Below are positions 1-10,818 of a stretch of DNA of 64,000 bases, piece after piece. The position numbers and the translations under genes are program-made. Numbering within the stretch: position 1 is the stretch's first letter; each line of letters opens with the position of its first letter. The notes under the pieces were generated by a model, which did no database searches, was not told the origin of the DNA, and saw only the letters and a program-made list of their open reading frames with translations. The DNA lies in the NCBI GenBank assembly GCA_965199755.1, contig CBDASZ010000001.1, forward strand, positions 832,001 through 896,000, read 5' to 3'. This DNA comes from an uncultured candidatus Porisulfidus sp. (lineage in GTDB: Bacteria > Pseudomonadota > Gammaproteobacteria > Poriferisulfidales > Poriferisulfidaceae).

Positions 1-237
1 CCGATCCCAATATTCCGCCGCGAAATTCACCGTGTGCAGGGGTATGTCGAGACGGGCGCATACCGCCTGCGCGTCTTCCAGATCTGTCGCCGCCGCGCAG
101 TAGGACTCGGTGTCGTCTTCCTCCCAATTTTTCATGAACAGTGCTTCGACCGCATGGCCGTCTTCCAACAACTGCCATGCCGCGATGGCGGAATCCACGC
201 CGCCGGAGAGGCCAACCAGAACCGGGCCGCTTGCCAT
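1..237 (-). CDS. mnmA: tRNA 2-thiouridine(34) synthase MnmA, 5' part (runs off window start)
   Basis: Not in ORF track; manual translation from ATG at 237 gives [20 protein letters not shown]...[10 protein letters not shown]...[10 protein letters not shown] (SGGVDS PP-loop, MKNWEEDD). Confidence 0.95.
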   Translation of the reverse strand, partial: MASGPVLVGLSGGVDSAIAAWQLLEDGHAVEALFMKNWEEDDTESYCAAATDLEDAQAVCARLDIPLHTVNFAAEYWDR

Positions 238-686
238 CACCAGTTCCAATGTAACAGCGACAAGGGATGTCGAAGGCCCGCCAAGTAGTCATCGATGCAC
301 TGCCGCACCAGCGGACTGCGTTGCTGCTGCGCGCTGAGTGCCGCAACTTCATCTCGGCGCATCCACACCGCACGAATGATGTCGTCATCTAGCGCGGCAT
401 CAGGATATTCCCGCACCAGTTGGCCGCAGAAAGCAAAGCGCAGGTAGGTCTCGCCACTGTCTGGCGGAACGTAGCGATAGATTCCGATCAAGGCTTCAGG
501 GGCGAACTCCCAACCGGCTTCCTCGCGCGTCTCGCGAGCGCAGGCTTCGATTAACGACTCGCCGTCTTCAAGGTGGCCGGCGGGCTGGTTGAATACCACC
601 AGACCGTCGACTCGTTCTTCGACCAGCAGAAACTGGTCATCACGTTGCGCCACAGCGGCGACTGTGACATGAGGCTGAAAGTTCAT
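237..686 (-). CDS. nudJ: NUDIX hydrolase (NudJ-like)
   Basis: PHVTVAAV start, Nudix box [22 protein letters not shown]; stop overlaps mnmA start; start moved to ATG 686. Confidence 0.85.
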   Translation of the reverse strand: MNFQPHVTVAAVAQRDDQFLLVEERVDGLVVFNQPAGHLEDGESLIEACARETREEAGWEFAPEALIGIYRYVPPDSGETYLRFAFCGQLVREYPDAALDDDIIRAVWMRRDEVAALSAQQQRSPLVRQCIDDYLAGLRHPLSLLHWNW

Positions 687-784
687 AGACAAAAGCAGAG
701 CAAAAGGTTTATGATAAATTCTAATAGAGACCAGCAAGTCACTGACGCACCTATGGGCATGCACGACCAAAAGAGAATCCGTCT

Positions 785-3049
785 ATGAGCAGTTCGTTCA
801 GCGATTCTTTTGAACGCGCCCTGCAGAAAGTGCGGCAGATGGCACAGACGCGCGGGCATGGTTACGTCACCCTGGAGCATGTCATGCTGGCGGTGCTGGA
901 AGAGCCCACAGCGCAGGAGTTATTCCGCAAGCACGAAATCTCACCGGCACTGCTGCAGGACGAATTGCTGGAGCACATCGAACGCTACAAACCGCAGACC
1001 GAAGGCGCTTCACAAAAAGTGGAAGAGACGCGCAGCGTCAGCCGCGTGCAAACGCGCGCGCAAATGATCTTTGATATTCCCACCGGCATTCACGTACTGG
1101 AAATGCTGCTGGAAGAGCGTCAGGCGCATATCGTCAAACTGCTGCAGAAGTACGGCATCCGACGCGCCCAGGTGTCACACTTTCGCGAACAACTTGATCG
1201 CAGCCGTTTCGGTGACACCGCGGAAAAGGAAGCCCCTCCAACACACCGCCACGAACGAGAGGCCCCGAACTTTTCACGCAAGGAAGCTTCAATACAGCGC
1301 TATGTGACGAACCTGAACGATTTGGCGAACAAGGGCGAGATTGACGCTCTGATCGGACGAGGCGGTGAGATGAACCGGATCATGCAGACGCTGGGACGGC
1401 GGCGTAAAAACAATGTCGTGCTGGTCGGGGAGGCAGGAGTCGGCAAGACGGCGTTGGCGCAGGGACTGGCCTGGAGGGTCGTGCGCGAGGAGGTGCCAGC
1501 TCCTTTGATTGGCACCAAGGTGCTGTCGCTGAACATGGGCGGGCTGGTTGCTGGTACGCGATTTCGCGGAGACTTTGAAGAACGCATGAAGAACCTGCTG
1601 CAATATCTGCGCAAGCGCCAGAACGTGGTGCTCTTTATTGACGAGATTCATACCCTGATCGGTGCAGGCTCCGCGTCTGGCATGGTTATGGACGCGGCGG
1701 ATCTGCTCAAGCCCTTGCTGGCCAGTGGCGAGTTGCGCTGTATCGGTGCGACCACCTACCGGGAGTTTCGCCAGTCTTTTGAGCGGGACTCCGCCTTGGC
1801 GCGCCGCTTTCAGAAAATCGACGTGCTGGAGCCTTCGACTGAGGTGACTTATCAGATTCTGGACGAGCTCAAATGCAAATACGAACAGCATCATCAGGTT
1901 CACTACCCGGATGACACAGTACGCGCCATGGTGCGCCTCTCCGGCAAGTACCTGCATGATCGCCGTCAGCCGGACAAGGCGCTGGATCTGATGGACGAAA
2001 GCGGTTCGTTCTGCCGCCTGCAGCGGATGGACACTGCTGCCACCGAGGTGACGGTGGAGGATGTGGAGCAGGTGGTCTCCATAATGGCGCGTGTGCCTAA
2101 GCGCGAAGTGAGCTCAAACCATGCCCGCGCGCTGCTTAATCTGGACCAGCGACTCAAGTCCGCTATCTTCGGGCAGGACGAAGCCATTGAACAGCTGACA
2201 CGGGCACTCAAGATGGCTTATGCCGATCTGAAGCCTGAGCGTCGTCCGATGGGCAGTTTCCTGTTCAGTGGCCCGACCGGTGTGGGCAAGACTGAAGTAT
2301 GCAGACAACTGGCTGAGGCCATGGGCGTCAAGTTGTTGCGCTTTGACATGTCCGAATATATGGAGCGCCACTCGGTGGCACGTCTGGTCGGTTCACCACC
2401 CGGTTACGTCGGCCACGACGAAGGAGGCCTGCTGACCGAATCGGTGGTCAAACACCCGCACGCCGTGCTGCTGCTGGATGAGGCGGAGAAGGCACATCCT
2501 GATGTCATGGATGTATTGCTGCAAGTCATGGACTACGGCAAGTTGACTGACAGCAACGGCAGGGAAGTGGACTTCCGCAATCTGATTCTGGTGCTGACCT
2601 GCAATGTCGGTGCCGCCGAATTTGCGCGCGAGCAGATTGGTTTCACGCAACAGCCATCTGATGCGGATGTGTTGCGCGCCGTTGAGACGGCATTCGCACC
2701 TGAGTTCCGCAACCGGTTGGATGCGATTGTGGCGTTTCAGCCGCTGGACAATGACAGCGTGTTGGCCGTGATTGAGCGTCTGATCAGCGAATTGCAGCAA
2801 TCACTGGATGCGCGTGGCATCCAGTTGAAAGTCAACAAGCGGGCACGCCATTGGCTGGCGAAGCAGGGCTTTGATCCGGCGATGGGCGCACGGCCCATGG
2901 AGCGGGTCTTGCGTGAATACATTCGTACACCGCTGGCCGAGGCGATCCTCGCGGAAACGCTGGGTTCAGGAGGTGTGGTGCGGGTGTCTGCTAACCGCTT
3001 TGGCCTGCACTTTGAGGTGCAGGGCGAGCCGGCTGCAGTGTTGCACTAG
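785..3049 (+). CDS. clpA: ATP-dependent Clp protease ATP-binding subunit ClpA
   Basis: Two AAA+ modules ([16 protein letters not shown]), [14 protein letters not shown] ClpP-docking loop, 754 aa without ClpB middle domain; convergent with infA. Confidence 0.9.
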   Translation: MSSSFSDSFERALQKVRQMAQTRGHGYVTLEHVMLAVLEEPTAQELFRKHEISPALLQDELLEHIERYKPQTEGASQKVEETRSVSRVQTRAQMIFDIPTGIHVLEMLLEERQAHIVKLLQKYGIRRAQVSHFREQLDRSRFGDTAEKEAPPTHRHEREAPNFSRKEASIQRYVTNLNDLANKGEIDALIGRGGEMNRIMQTLGRRRKNNVVLVGEAGVGKTALAQGLAWRVVREEVPAPLIGTKVLSLNMGGLVAGTRFRGDFEERMKNLLQYLRKRQNVVLFIDEIHTLIGAGSASGMVMDAADLLKPLLASGELRCIGATTYREFRQSFERDSALARRFQKIDVLEPSTEVTYQILDELKCKYEQHHQVHYPDDTVRAMVRLSGKYLHDRRQPDKALDLMDESGSFCRLQRMDTAATEVTVEDVEQVVSIMARVPKREVSSNHARALLNLDQRLKSAIFGQDEAIEQLTRALKMAYADLKPERRPMGSFLFSGPTGVGKTEVCRQLAEAMGVKLLRFDMSEYMERHSVARLVGSPPGYVGHDEGGLLTESVVKHPHAVLLLDEAEKAHPDVMDVLLQVMDYGKLTDSNGREVDFRNLILVLTCNVGAAEFAREQIGFTQQPSDADVLRAVETAFAPEFRNRLDAIVAFQPLDNDSVLAVIERLISELQQSLDARGIQLKVNKRARHWLAKQGFDPAMGARPMERVLREYIRTPLAEAILAETLGSGGVVRVSANRFGLHFEVQGEPAAVLH

Positions 3050-3264
3050 CGGCTGCGGTAGGTGATGCGGCCTTTACTGATATCGTAAGGTGTCAATTCC
3101 ACCGTCACTCTGTCACCGGTCAGAATCCGAATATAATGCCGCCGCATCCGTCCGGAGATATGTGCTGTGACCAGATGTCCGTTATCCAACTCTACGCGAA
3201 ACATAGTATTGGGCAGGGTTTCGGTGACAACCCCTTCCATCTCAATGTGCTCTTCCTTTGCCAT
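3046..3264 (-). CDS. infA: Translation initiation factor IF-1
   Basis: [30 protein letters not shown]...[16 protein letters not shown]; start at ATG 3264. Confidence 0.97.
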   Translation of the reverse strand: MAKEEHIEMEGVVTETLPNTMFRVELDNGHLVTAHISGRMRRHYIRILTGDRVTVELTPYDISKGRITYRSR

Positions 3265-3337
3265 AGGCAGTGCCAAGTTTTGACGCGCGCCATTATTCTC
3301 TAAATTTCCCCAAATATCAAGGACGGAACGCGGAACC

Positions 3338-4273
3338 ATGAGCATCGCATGCCTGTTCCCTGGACAAGGTTCGCAGCGCGTGGGCATGCTGTGCGAGATG
3401 GCGGAGGCCCACTCAAGCGTGGGTAACACCTTTGCAGAAGCCAGTGAATTGCTCGGTGAGGATCTGTGGCAACTGGCGCAGGAAGGACCCCCGGAAGTCC
3501 TGAATCAAACCCGCAATGCGCAGTTGACTTTGCTGGCGACAGAAATTTCAGTATGGCGGCTTTACTGCGCGCAAGGCGGGGCGCGACCGGATTATGTCGC
3601 CGGGCACAGTTTCGGGGAATATGCCGCATTGGTGGCGGCCGAAGCACTGACTTTCTCGGATGCCGTGCATCTGGTGCGCCAGCGCGGTGAATTGATGCAG
3701 CAGGCGGCCGCGGAGTGTGACGGCGGCATGGCCGCCATCCTCAAACTTGAAGCCTCGCGCGTCATTGAGATTTGCGCCCAGGTGGCTTCCGATACGCTGG
3801 TTGAAGCCGTCAATTTCAATGCGCCCGGACAAGTGGTGATCTCCGGCCTCAAGGATGGCGTGGCGAAAGCCTGCGAACTCTGCCAGGAAGAAGGCGGGCG
3901 AAGCATCATGCTGGAGGTGACAGTGCCGGCACACTCGAAAGTGATGCGCGCGGTGGACGAGGTGTTCACACAAGCTTTGCAAGAGATTGAATTTCACTCT
4001 CCCCAAATCCCGCTGGTCAATAATGTGGACGTGCGCGTTGAGACGGGGCCGCAACAGTTGCGCGAAGCATTGCGGCGGCAATTGCATTCCGCCGTGCGCT
4101 GGGAGGAGGGTATACTGACGATGATCAAGCACGGCGTTGATCGGTTCCTGGAAATGGGTCCCGGCAAAGTCCTGAGCGGTCTCAATCGAAGAATTGATCG
4201 CGAGGCGGTCAGCCTGTGCATTGAAAACCCGCAAACACTGCAACAAGCACTGGAGGAACAGTCAGATGCGTAA
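3338..4273 (+). CDS. fabD: Malonyl-CoA:ACP transacylase
   Basis: FPGQGSQ, GHSFGEY active site, [13 protein letters not shown]. Confidence 0.95.
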   Translation: MSIACLFPGQGSQRVGMLCEMAEAHSSVGNTFAEASELLGEDLWQLAQEGPPEVLNQTRNAQLTLLATEISVWRLYCAQGGARPDYVAGHSFGEYAALVAAEALTFSDAVHLVRQRGELMQQAAAECDGGMAAILKLEASRVIEICAQVASDTLVEAVNFNAPGQVVISGLKDGVAKACELCQEEGGRSIMLEVTVPAHSKVMRAVDEVFTQALQEIEFHSPQIPLVNNVDVRVETGPQQLREALRRQLHSAVRWEEGILTMIKHGVDRFLEMGPGKVLSGLNRRIDREAVSLCIENPQTLQQALEEQSDA

Positions 4274-5000
4274 CGAACATGCGCTGGTGACAGGTGCCAG
4301 TCGCGGCATTGGCCGCGCCATCGCCATGGCATTGGCGGACGAAGGTGCCATTGTGACCGGCACCGCGACTACCGAAGAAGGGGCGCAGGGCATCACTGAT
4401 ATGCTCCAGCAAAAAGAGTCGCCCGGCACTGGCGAAGTGCTGCAACTGCAAGACCCAGAATCCGTAGCGGCGCTACTGGAACGTCTGGAGTCAGCCGAGC
4501 GGCTGCCTGCGATCCTGGTCAACAATGCCGGCATCGCACGCGACAATCTGATGATGCGCATGAAAGATGAGGAGTGGGATGCGGTATTTGCCGCGAACCT
4601 AACCGGCGCATTCCAGTTAACCCGAGGCTGTCTGCGTTCCATGCTGCGTGCCCGCAGTGGATGCATTATCAATTTGTCCTCAGTAGTCGGCTTCACCGGC
4701 AATCCCGGACAGGCCAACTATGCGTCGACCAAAGCAGGATTGGTGGGGTTCACACGCTCGCTCGCACAAGAAGTCGGCTCGCGAGGAATCACCGTCAATT
4801 GCGTGGCTCCAGGATTCATTGAAACGGATATGACCGAAGCGCTCGGTGATCGGCGCGACGAATTGCTGCGTGCTATCCCGCTGCAACGCATTGGATCCCC
4901 GGAAGACATCGCCGCGGCCGTGTTGTATCTGGCCGGGGAGGGCGGTAGCTACATCACCGGTGAGACACTGCATGTCAATGGCGGCATGTACATGGGCTAA
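4266..5000 (+). CDS. fabG: 3-oxoacyl-ACP reductase
   Basis: TGASRGIG, NNAGI, GNPGQANYASTK, LHVNGGMYM; start at ATG 4266 overlapping fabD end. Confidence 0.95.
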   Translation: MRNEHALVTGASRGIGRAIAMALADEGAIVTGTATTEEGAQGITDMLQQKESPGTGEVLQLQDPESVAALLERLESAERLPAILVNNAGIARDNLMMRMKDEEWDAVFAANLTGAFQLTRGCLRSMLRARSGCIINLSSVVGFTGNPGQANYASTKAGLVGFTRSLAQEVGSRGITVNCVAPGFIETDMTEALGDRRDELLRAIPLQRIGSPEDIAAAVLYLAGEGGSYITGETLHVNGGMYMG

Positions 5001-5035
5001 TCTGTTTGCGTCGCAGCCTGAGGGGTGTCTGCACA

Positions 5036-6490
5036 ATGCCTGATCCCACGCACAGCACCATCATTCCCGTCATCCTCTCTGGCGGGACCGGCAGTCGCCT
5101 GTGGCCGCTATCCCGCGCCATTCACCCCAAGCAGTTCTTTCCTCTGGTTGGAGAGATGACTTTGCTGCAATCCACGGCGAAGCGGCTGGCGCACATTGAC
5201 GGTGTCGTCGCACCCATGGTGGTGTGTAATGAGGCGCACCGGTTTGTGGTGGGAGAGCAACTCAAGGAGATTGGCGTGGAGCCGACTGCCATTCTGCTGG
5301 AGCCAATTGGCCGAAACTCCGCCCCGGCAATCACCGCCGCGGCTCTGGAAGCACTGGCGCACTGCGCTGATGGAGATTCTCCTGTTCTGCTGATCTTTCC
5401 AATCGATCATGTCATTCAGGACACGGACCGCTTCGCTGAGGCGGTGGAGGCGGCGATTGATGAGGCCCATCATGCGCATTTGGTGACCTTCGGCATACAG
5501 CCGACAGAGCCGAAGACCGGCTATGGTTATATCAATGCTGGTGCTGCGGCGAAGAGCGATACCGGAGCGCGTCAGGTTGAACGTTTTGTCGAAAAGCCGG
5601 ACGAGGAGACGGCCAGCGCATATCTGGAGGATGGGAATTACTACTGGAACAGCGGTATGTTTGTGTTTAGCGCCCGCCAGTATCTCGGCGAGGTCCAGCG
5701 ATACGTCCCTGAAATATTCGATGCGGTCACTCGCGCGCATCAAAAGGCCGCGAAGGATCTTGATTTTCTGCGCCTTGAGGGAGCGGCCTTTTCTGAGTCA
5801 CCGGCCATTTCCGTAGACCATGCGGTCATGGAACGGACCTCTGATGCGGTTATGATTCCGCTGGATGCCGGCTGGTGCGATATTGGCTCCTGGGCGGCGC
5901 TGGCACAAATCAGTGACGCGGATGAAGACGGCAATATCGCCAAGGGCGACGTGATTTTGGAGCACACGCAAAACACCTACGTTTATGGCGGTGATCGATT
6001 GATTGCCGTTGTTGGAGCCGAAGATCTGGTGATTGCGGACACCTCTGATGCGTTGCTTGTCGCTCACAAAGACACGGTGGAAGATGTCAAGACTGTCGTC
6101 GCGAGTCTGGAAGCTTCCGGGCGTGCAGAGCACCATACACACCGGGTGGTGCATCGTCCCTGGGGACTGTTCGAAGTCTTGCTGGACGGGAACGGATTCA
6201 AGATCAAGCGTATTGTCGTCAAACCCAGCCAAAGTCTGTCACTGCAATCCCATCAACATCGCGCGGAGCATTGGGTGGTGGTGCGCGGTGTCGCATTGGT
6301 GACCCGCGGGGAGGAGACTTTCAGAGTCAGCCAAAATGAATCCACCTACATTCCTCCCGAGACGAAACACCGGCTGGAAAATTCCGAAGCGGAATCGTTG
6401 GAACTCGTCGAGGTGCAAACGGGTGACTATCTCGGTGAGGATGACATCACACGCCACGAAGATATTTACGGACGCGACTCGTGCGACTGA
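5036..6490 (+). CDS. manC: Mannose-1-phosphate guanylyltransferase / mannose-6-phosphate isomerase
   Basis: PVILSGGTGSRLWPLSR..PKQF, FVEKPD, WNSGMF, C-terminal cupin RPWG...SLQSHQHRAEHW. Confidence 0.93.
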   Translation: MPDPTHSTIIPVILSGGTGSRLWPLSRAIHPKQFFPLVGEMTLLQSTAKRLAHIDGVVAPMVVCNEAHRFVVGEQLKEIGVEPTAILLEPIGRNSAPAITAAALEALAHCADGDSPVLLIFPIDHVIQDTDRFAEAVEAAIDEAHHAHLVTFGIQPTEPKTGYGYINAGAAAKSDTGARQVERFVEKPDEETASAYLEDGNYYWNSGMFVFSARQYLGEVQRYVPEIFDAVTRAHQKAAKDLDFLRLEGAAFSESPAISVDHAVMERTSDAVMIPLDAGWCDIGSWAALAQISDADEDGNIAKGDVILEHTQNTYVYGGDRLIAVVGAEDLVIADTSDALLVAHKDTVEDVKTVVASLEASGRAEHHTHRVVHRPWGLFEVLLDGNGFKIKRIVVKPSQSLSLQSHQHRAEHWVVVRGVALVTRGEETFRVSQNESTYIPPETKHRLENSEAESLELVEVQTGDYLGEDDITRHEDIYGRDSCD

Positions 6491-6700
6491 GCGGAGTTCA
6501 GCCCCAGCAGGTTCTGGGCTTGCCTAGGCAGACTGATGCACGGCACTAGCCCATAACTTATCATGCCATTATTTTATTGCCCGTCACCGCCTGAAAGCAT
6601 CCTTGTGAGTGCGCAGCGATGGTGCATTCAAAAGTGGCGGCATGAACGCATTGGCGTGGCGCAGAACCTGATGGGTTCACATTGGGCAGATGGCGTAGCT

Positions 6701-6709
6701 TGGTATAAT
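6701..6709 (+). promoter_or_regulatory. Extended -10 promoter element upstream of acpP
   Basis: TGGTATAAT (TGn + TATAAT) about 100 nt before acpP; no strong -35. Confidence 0.5.
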
Positions 6710-6807
6710 CATGCCGCCGAGATTAACAGGACTGGACGCACGTCTACATCGTGTCCGGTTTTCAGAATCGGTAAATTTTCACCACCACCCGAGGATGCGG
6801 GATCACA

Positions 6808-7050
6808 ATGGACAACATAGCAGATAAAGTTGTAGAAATCATCGTTGAAAACGGGAGAGACCTCAAGCCGGAAGACGTCACCATGGAGTCACGGTTCGTG
6901 GAAGATTTGGGTATGGACTCACTGGATATCGTCGAATTAAATATGGAGCTGGAAACAGAACTCGGCGTAACAATATCCGATGAAGTCTACGAAAACATGC
7001 AGACCGTTCAACACGTCGTTGATTTCATTACCGAGAATCAGGGCAGCTAG
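6808..7050 (+). CDS. acpP: Acyl carrier protein
   Basis: [13 protein letters not shown] phosphopantetheine site; precedes fabF. Confidence 0.93.
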   Translation: MDNIADKVVEIIVENGRDLKPEDVTMESRFVEDLGMDSLDIVELNMELETELGVTISDEVYENMQTVQHVVDFITENQGS

Positions 7051-7120
7051 GAGCACGCACACACTTGCGCGCAAGCAAGCCACACATTACACCCAGCAAA
7101 TTGATTCAGGAAGCGGACCC

Positions 7121-8362
7121 ATGTCCCGACGCAGGGTGGTAGTCACAGGGCTTGGCGTGGTCTCGCCAGTCGGATCTAAACTCACACCCGCATGGGACAA
7201 TCTGGTTGCTGGCAAAAGTGGCATCCGCCCCATCGACCGATTTGACACCACCGACTTCACGGTGCGTATCTGCGGTGCGGTCACCGACTTCAACGCAGAT
7301 GACTACATAGACTCCAGAGAGCAAAGAAAGATGGATGTGTTCATCCAGTTCGGCATCGGTGCCGCGCTGGAAGCCATCCAGGACGCCAGTCTGGAAGTCA
7401 GCGAAGAAGAGGCCCCGCGTGTCGGTGTCTCGATCGGTTCCGGCATCGGCGGGCTGCCTTACATTGAAAACAGTTATCAGGTCTACATGGAGAAGGGACC
7501 ACGGCGCATCTCTCCGTTCTTCGTGCCTGCCAGCATCATCAACATGGTCGCGGGCGACCTGTCGATACAGTGCAACTTCAAGGGGCCCAACATTTCGATT
7601 GTCTCCGCTTGCGCCACCGGCACGCACAGCATTGGACTGGCAGCGCGCGCCATTTCATACGGCGATGCCGATGTGATGATCGCCGGCGGTGCGGAAATGG
7701 CCACCAGCATTTTGGGCGTCGGCGGTTTTGCCGCTGCACGCGCACTGTCAGCCTCGCACAATGACGACCCCGAAAGCGCCTCCCGGCCTTGGGATGCAGA
7801 ACGGGACGGTTTCGTACTGGGTGAGGGTGCTGGCGTCGTGGTGCTGGAGGAATATGACCGCGCGCGGGCGCGCGGGGCGCGCATCTACTGCGAACTCGCT
7901 GGCTTCGCCATGAACAGCGATGCCTTTCACATGACCAAGCCTGGCGAGGGCGGAGAAGGCGCGGCGCGCTGCATGCACATGGCGCTGAATGATGCTCAAC
8001 TGGATTCGGACACGATTCAGTACATCAATGCGCACGGCACCTCAACGCCTGCCGGCGACAAGGCCGAGACCGAGGCCATTAAAAGTGTGTTCGGCGATCG
8101 CGCGATGCAAGTGCCCGTCAGCTCTAACAAGTCGATGATTGGACATCTGCTCGGAGCCGCGGGCGGCGTGGAAGCCGTCTTCACCGTGTTGAGTCTGGAG
8201 CATCAGACACTGCCGCCGACCATCAACTACGAAAACCCGGATCCTGAGTGTGATCTGGATTACGTGCCGAACACTGCGCGCGATGCTTCTGTGGAAGTGG
8301 CCATGTCCAACTCATTCGGTTTCGGTGGCACCAACGGCACACTTATCTTCAAGCGCCTCTAA
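7121..8362 (+). CDS. fabF: Beta-ketoacyl-ACP synthase II
   Basis: [18 protein letters not shown] catalytic Cys, [17 protein letters not shown]. Confidence 0.96.
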   Translation: MSRRRVVVTGLGVVSPVGSKLTPAWDNLVAGKSGIRPIDRFDTTDFTVRICGAVTDFNADDYIDSREQRKMDVFIQFGIGAALEAIQDASLEVSEEEAPRVGVSIGSGIGGLPYIENSYQVYMEKGPRRISPFFVPASIINMVAGDLSIQCNFKGPNISIVSACATGTHSIGLAARAISYGDADVMIAGGAEMATSILGVGGFAAARALSASHNDDPESASRPWDAERDGFVLGEGAGVVVLEEYDRARARGARIYCELAGFAMNSDAFHMTKPGEGGEGAARCMHMALNDAQLDSDTIQYINAHGTSTPAGDKAETEAIKSVFGDRAMQVPVSSNKSMIGHLLGAAGGVEAVFTVLSLEHQTLPPTINYENPDPECDLDYVPNTARDASVEVAMSNSFGFGGTNGTLIFKRL

Positions 8363-8385
8363 AAGCATCTCACGAGGAGGCGGCC

Positions 8386-9195
8386 ATGATTCTGATCGAT
8401 GGCACCGCGCAATCCGTCATCAGCGCCAAAAATCGTGGCCTGCACTACGGTGACGGCGTCTTCGAGACGCTGGCCGTCATCGACAATCGCATCCGCAATC
8501 AGACGCGCCACTGGGCGCGCTTGACCGAAGGCTGCGCGCGGCTGGGACTACAGGCCCCCGATATGACTGTGCTCGAGCAGGAAGTTCACCAGCTGTGCGC
8601 GAAACAGGCACGCGCGGTGGTCAAAATCATGATCGTGCGCGACGGCGGCGAGAAGCGCGGCTATCGCTGCGATGCGCAAGCGCCTATCCACCGCCTGATC
8701 TTCCGTGAAGACTGGCCTGAACATCTGCCGCACTGGCAGCAGGATGGTGTGCGAGTGCGCTGGTGCGCCACCCGTATGAGCCATAATCGCGCACTGGCTG
8801 GCATCAAACACTGCAATCGTCTGGAGCAAGTGCTGGCGCGACAGGAATGGGATGACGAATACGAAGAGGGCTTAATGCAGGATGAGGCAGGTCACGTCAT
8901 TGAGGGAACCATGAGCAACGTATTTCTGCTACAGGAGACACGCCTCAGCACGCCAAGTCTGGACGATTGTGGCGTGGACGGGGTCACGCGCCAGCGCATC
9001 ATCGCCGAGGCACCGGAACTGGGACTGGATGTTGATATCCGAAACATCACGCGAGAAGATTTCAACACGGCGGAGAGCGTGTTTTTGTGCAATGCCATCA
9101 TCGGCGTGTGGGGAGTGCGGCAGATAGAAGATCAGGAATATGCGCTGCCCGCAATCCTTCTGCAACTGCAACAGCGCATTGAAGCGGTGGATTGA
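8386..9195 (+). CDS. pabC: Aminodeoxychorismate lyase
   Basis: RGLHYGDGVFET, LAGIKHCNRLEQVLAR, IEGTMSN; conserved position after fabF. Confidence 0.92.
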   Translation: MILIDGTAQSVISAKNRGLHYGDGVFETLAVIDNRIRNQTRHWARLTEGCARLGLQAPDMTVLEQEVHQLCAKQARAVVKIMIVRDGGEKRGYRCDAQAPIHRLIFREDWPEHLPHWQQDGVRVRWCATRMSHNRALAGIKHCNRLEQVLARQEWDDEYEEGLMQDEAGHVIEGTMSNVFLLQETRLSTPSLDDCGVDGVTRQRIIAEAPELGLDVDIRNITREDFNTAESVFLCNAIIGVWGVRQIEDQEYALPAILLQLQQRIEAVD

Positions 9196-9196
9196 G

Positions 9197-10189
9197 ATGA
9201 AGAAGAGGATGCGTCTGGGGGTGCTGGTGCTGTTCGTGGCCGTGACCGCGAGCACCACTTATCTGGCGCGGGCGTTAACAGAACCCATCATTGAGCCCGG
9301 CACGGTGCAGCAGATCCTGATTGAGAAAGGAGCCAGCTTCCAGGAGGTTTCCGACAAACTGGTAGTGCTCGGTGTCACCCACAGCCACACTTACAACTGG
9401 CTCGCCGCAAAACTGCTGCGCGCGGAAGGGCGAATCAAGGCCGGTGAATATCATCTGTCCGGCCCGCTGGGCATGCTGGATATTATGATGCTCCTGATCG
9501 AGGGTCGCAGCGTCTTTCATCGTACGACTTTGTTCGAAGGCTGGACGATTGAAGAGATGCTTGACGCCATGCGCAAAAACCCCACGCTGCAATCAAGTGA
9601 GGATCCGTTGCAGTTCTTTGGCTTCAATTCGCCCAGAGACGCAGAGGGACACTGTCTCCCGAATACCTACAAGCATTATCGGGGGGATACGGACGTGCAG
9701 ATTCTGGCACTGTGCATTCGGGCCATGCAGGAGCTACTCGATGAGTTGTGGGCGAATCGCAGTGAAGATCTTCCTTACAAGACCCCTCAGGAAGCGGTGA
9801 CACTGGCCTCCATCATTGAAGCCGAGACCAGTCAGGATGACGAACGCTCCATCATTGCCGGCGTGCTGTTATCGCGTCTGGAGCAGGGCATGCGCCTGCA
9901 AGTCGACCCGTCTGTGATTTATGGACTCGGTCCGGATTTTGACAATAACCTGACACGCAAGCATTTGCGCCAGTCGGCTGAAATCAATCCGTACAACACC
10001 TACCGCATCTACGGCTTGCCGCCAGGACCGATTGGCAACCCGGGACGAAAATCGCTTGAGGCAGCCTTCAACCCGGACTTTTCTACCGGCGCCCTGTATT
10101 ATGTGTCGAAGGGAGACGGGCGGCATCACTTCTCGAAAACCTACAAGGAACACCGCGCGTCGGTCCGAAAATACCAACTGGGGAAATAA
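9197..10189 (+). CDS. mltG: Endolytic transglycosylase MltG
   Basis: N-terminal TM, LASIIEAET, GMRLQVDPSVIYG, PYNTY..GLPPGPIGNPG. Confidence 0.92.
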   Translation: MKKRMRLGVLVLFVAVTASTTYLARALTEPIIEPGTVQQILIEKGASFQEVSDKLVVLGVTHSHTYNWLAAKLLRAEGRIKAGEYHLSGPLGMLDIMMLLIEGRSVFHRTTLFEGWTIEEMLDAMRKNPTLQSSEDPLQFFGFNSPRDAEGHCLPNTYKHYRGDTDVQILALCIRAMQELLDELWANRSEDLPYKTPQEAVTLASIIEAETSQDDERSIIAGVLLSRLEQGMRLQVDPSVIYGLGPDFDNNLTRKHLRQSAEINPYNTYRIYGLPPGPIGNPGRKSLEAAFNPDFSTGALYYVSKGDGRHHFSKTYKEHRASVRKYQLGK

Positions 10190-10191
10190 GC

Positions 10192-10818
10192 ATGAGCGCA
10201 CTTGGCAAATTCATCACGCTTGAAGGCATTGAAGGTGCCGGCAAGTCCACGCATGTGTCAGCCTTGGCGGATATGCTTGAGTCGCACGGCATCTCTTGCA
10301 TCTGCACTCGCGAAACCGGCGGCACGGCAGTCGGTGAGAAAATCCTGCAGACCTTGCTCGATGAATCCCTCCGGCCCATGCACATTGATGCTGAATTGCT
10401 GCTGCACTTCGCCGCACGCGCCGAGCATGTCTCCGAATTAATCCGTCCCACTCTGGAGCAGGGCACCTGGGTCATCTCCGATCGGTTTGTAGACAGCAGT
10501 TTCGCGTATCAGGGTGCCGGCATGGAATTGGGGGAGGCGCGAATTGAAGCGCTCGTGCAATGGACTTTGGGAGACTTCACGCCGGATCGCGTGATCGTGC
10601 TGGACGTGGATGAGCAGACCGGCTTTGACCGTGTTCAGGATCGCGGTCATCTTGACTGGTATGAGAAACTCCCAGCCGCGTTCTTTTCACGAGCACGACA
10701 GTGCTATCTTGATCGCGCGGCCGCGCAGCCGCAGCACTATCGCGTCATTGATGCAACACGCAGCGTGGCTGTCGTTCGTCAAGACGTACAGGACGCGGTG
10801 CTGGAACTGCTCAAGTGA
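10192..10818 (+). CDS. tmk: Thymidylate kinase
   Basis: FITLEGIEGAGKST, VISDRFVDSSFAYQG. Confidence 0.95.
   Translation: MSALGKFITLEGIEGAGKSTHVSALADMLESHGISCICTRETGGTAVGEKILQTLLDESLRPMHIDAELLLHFAARAEHVSELIRPTLEQGTWVISDRFVDSSFAYQGAGMELGEARIEALVQWTLGDFTPDRVIVLDVDEQTGFDRVQDRGHLDWYEKLPAAFFSRARQCYLDRAAAQPQHYRVIDATRSVAVVRQDVQDAVLELLK

Noticed and set aside
6585-6642. Imperfect inverted repeat between manC and acpP as an ncRNA or MITE
   Set aside because: Weak pairing and no second copy seen in the window.
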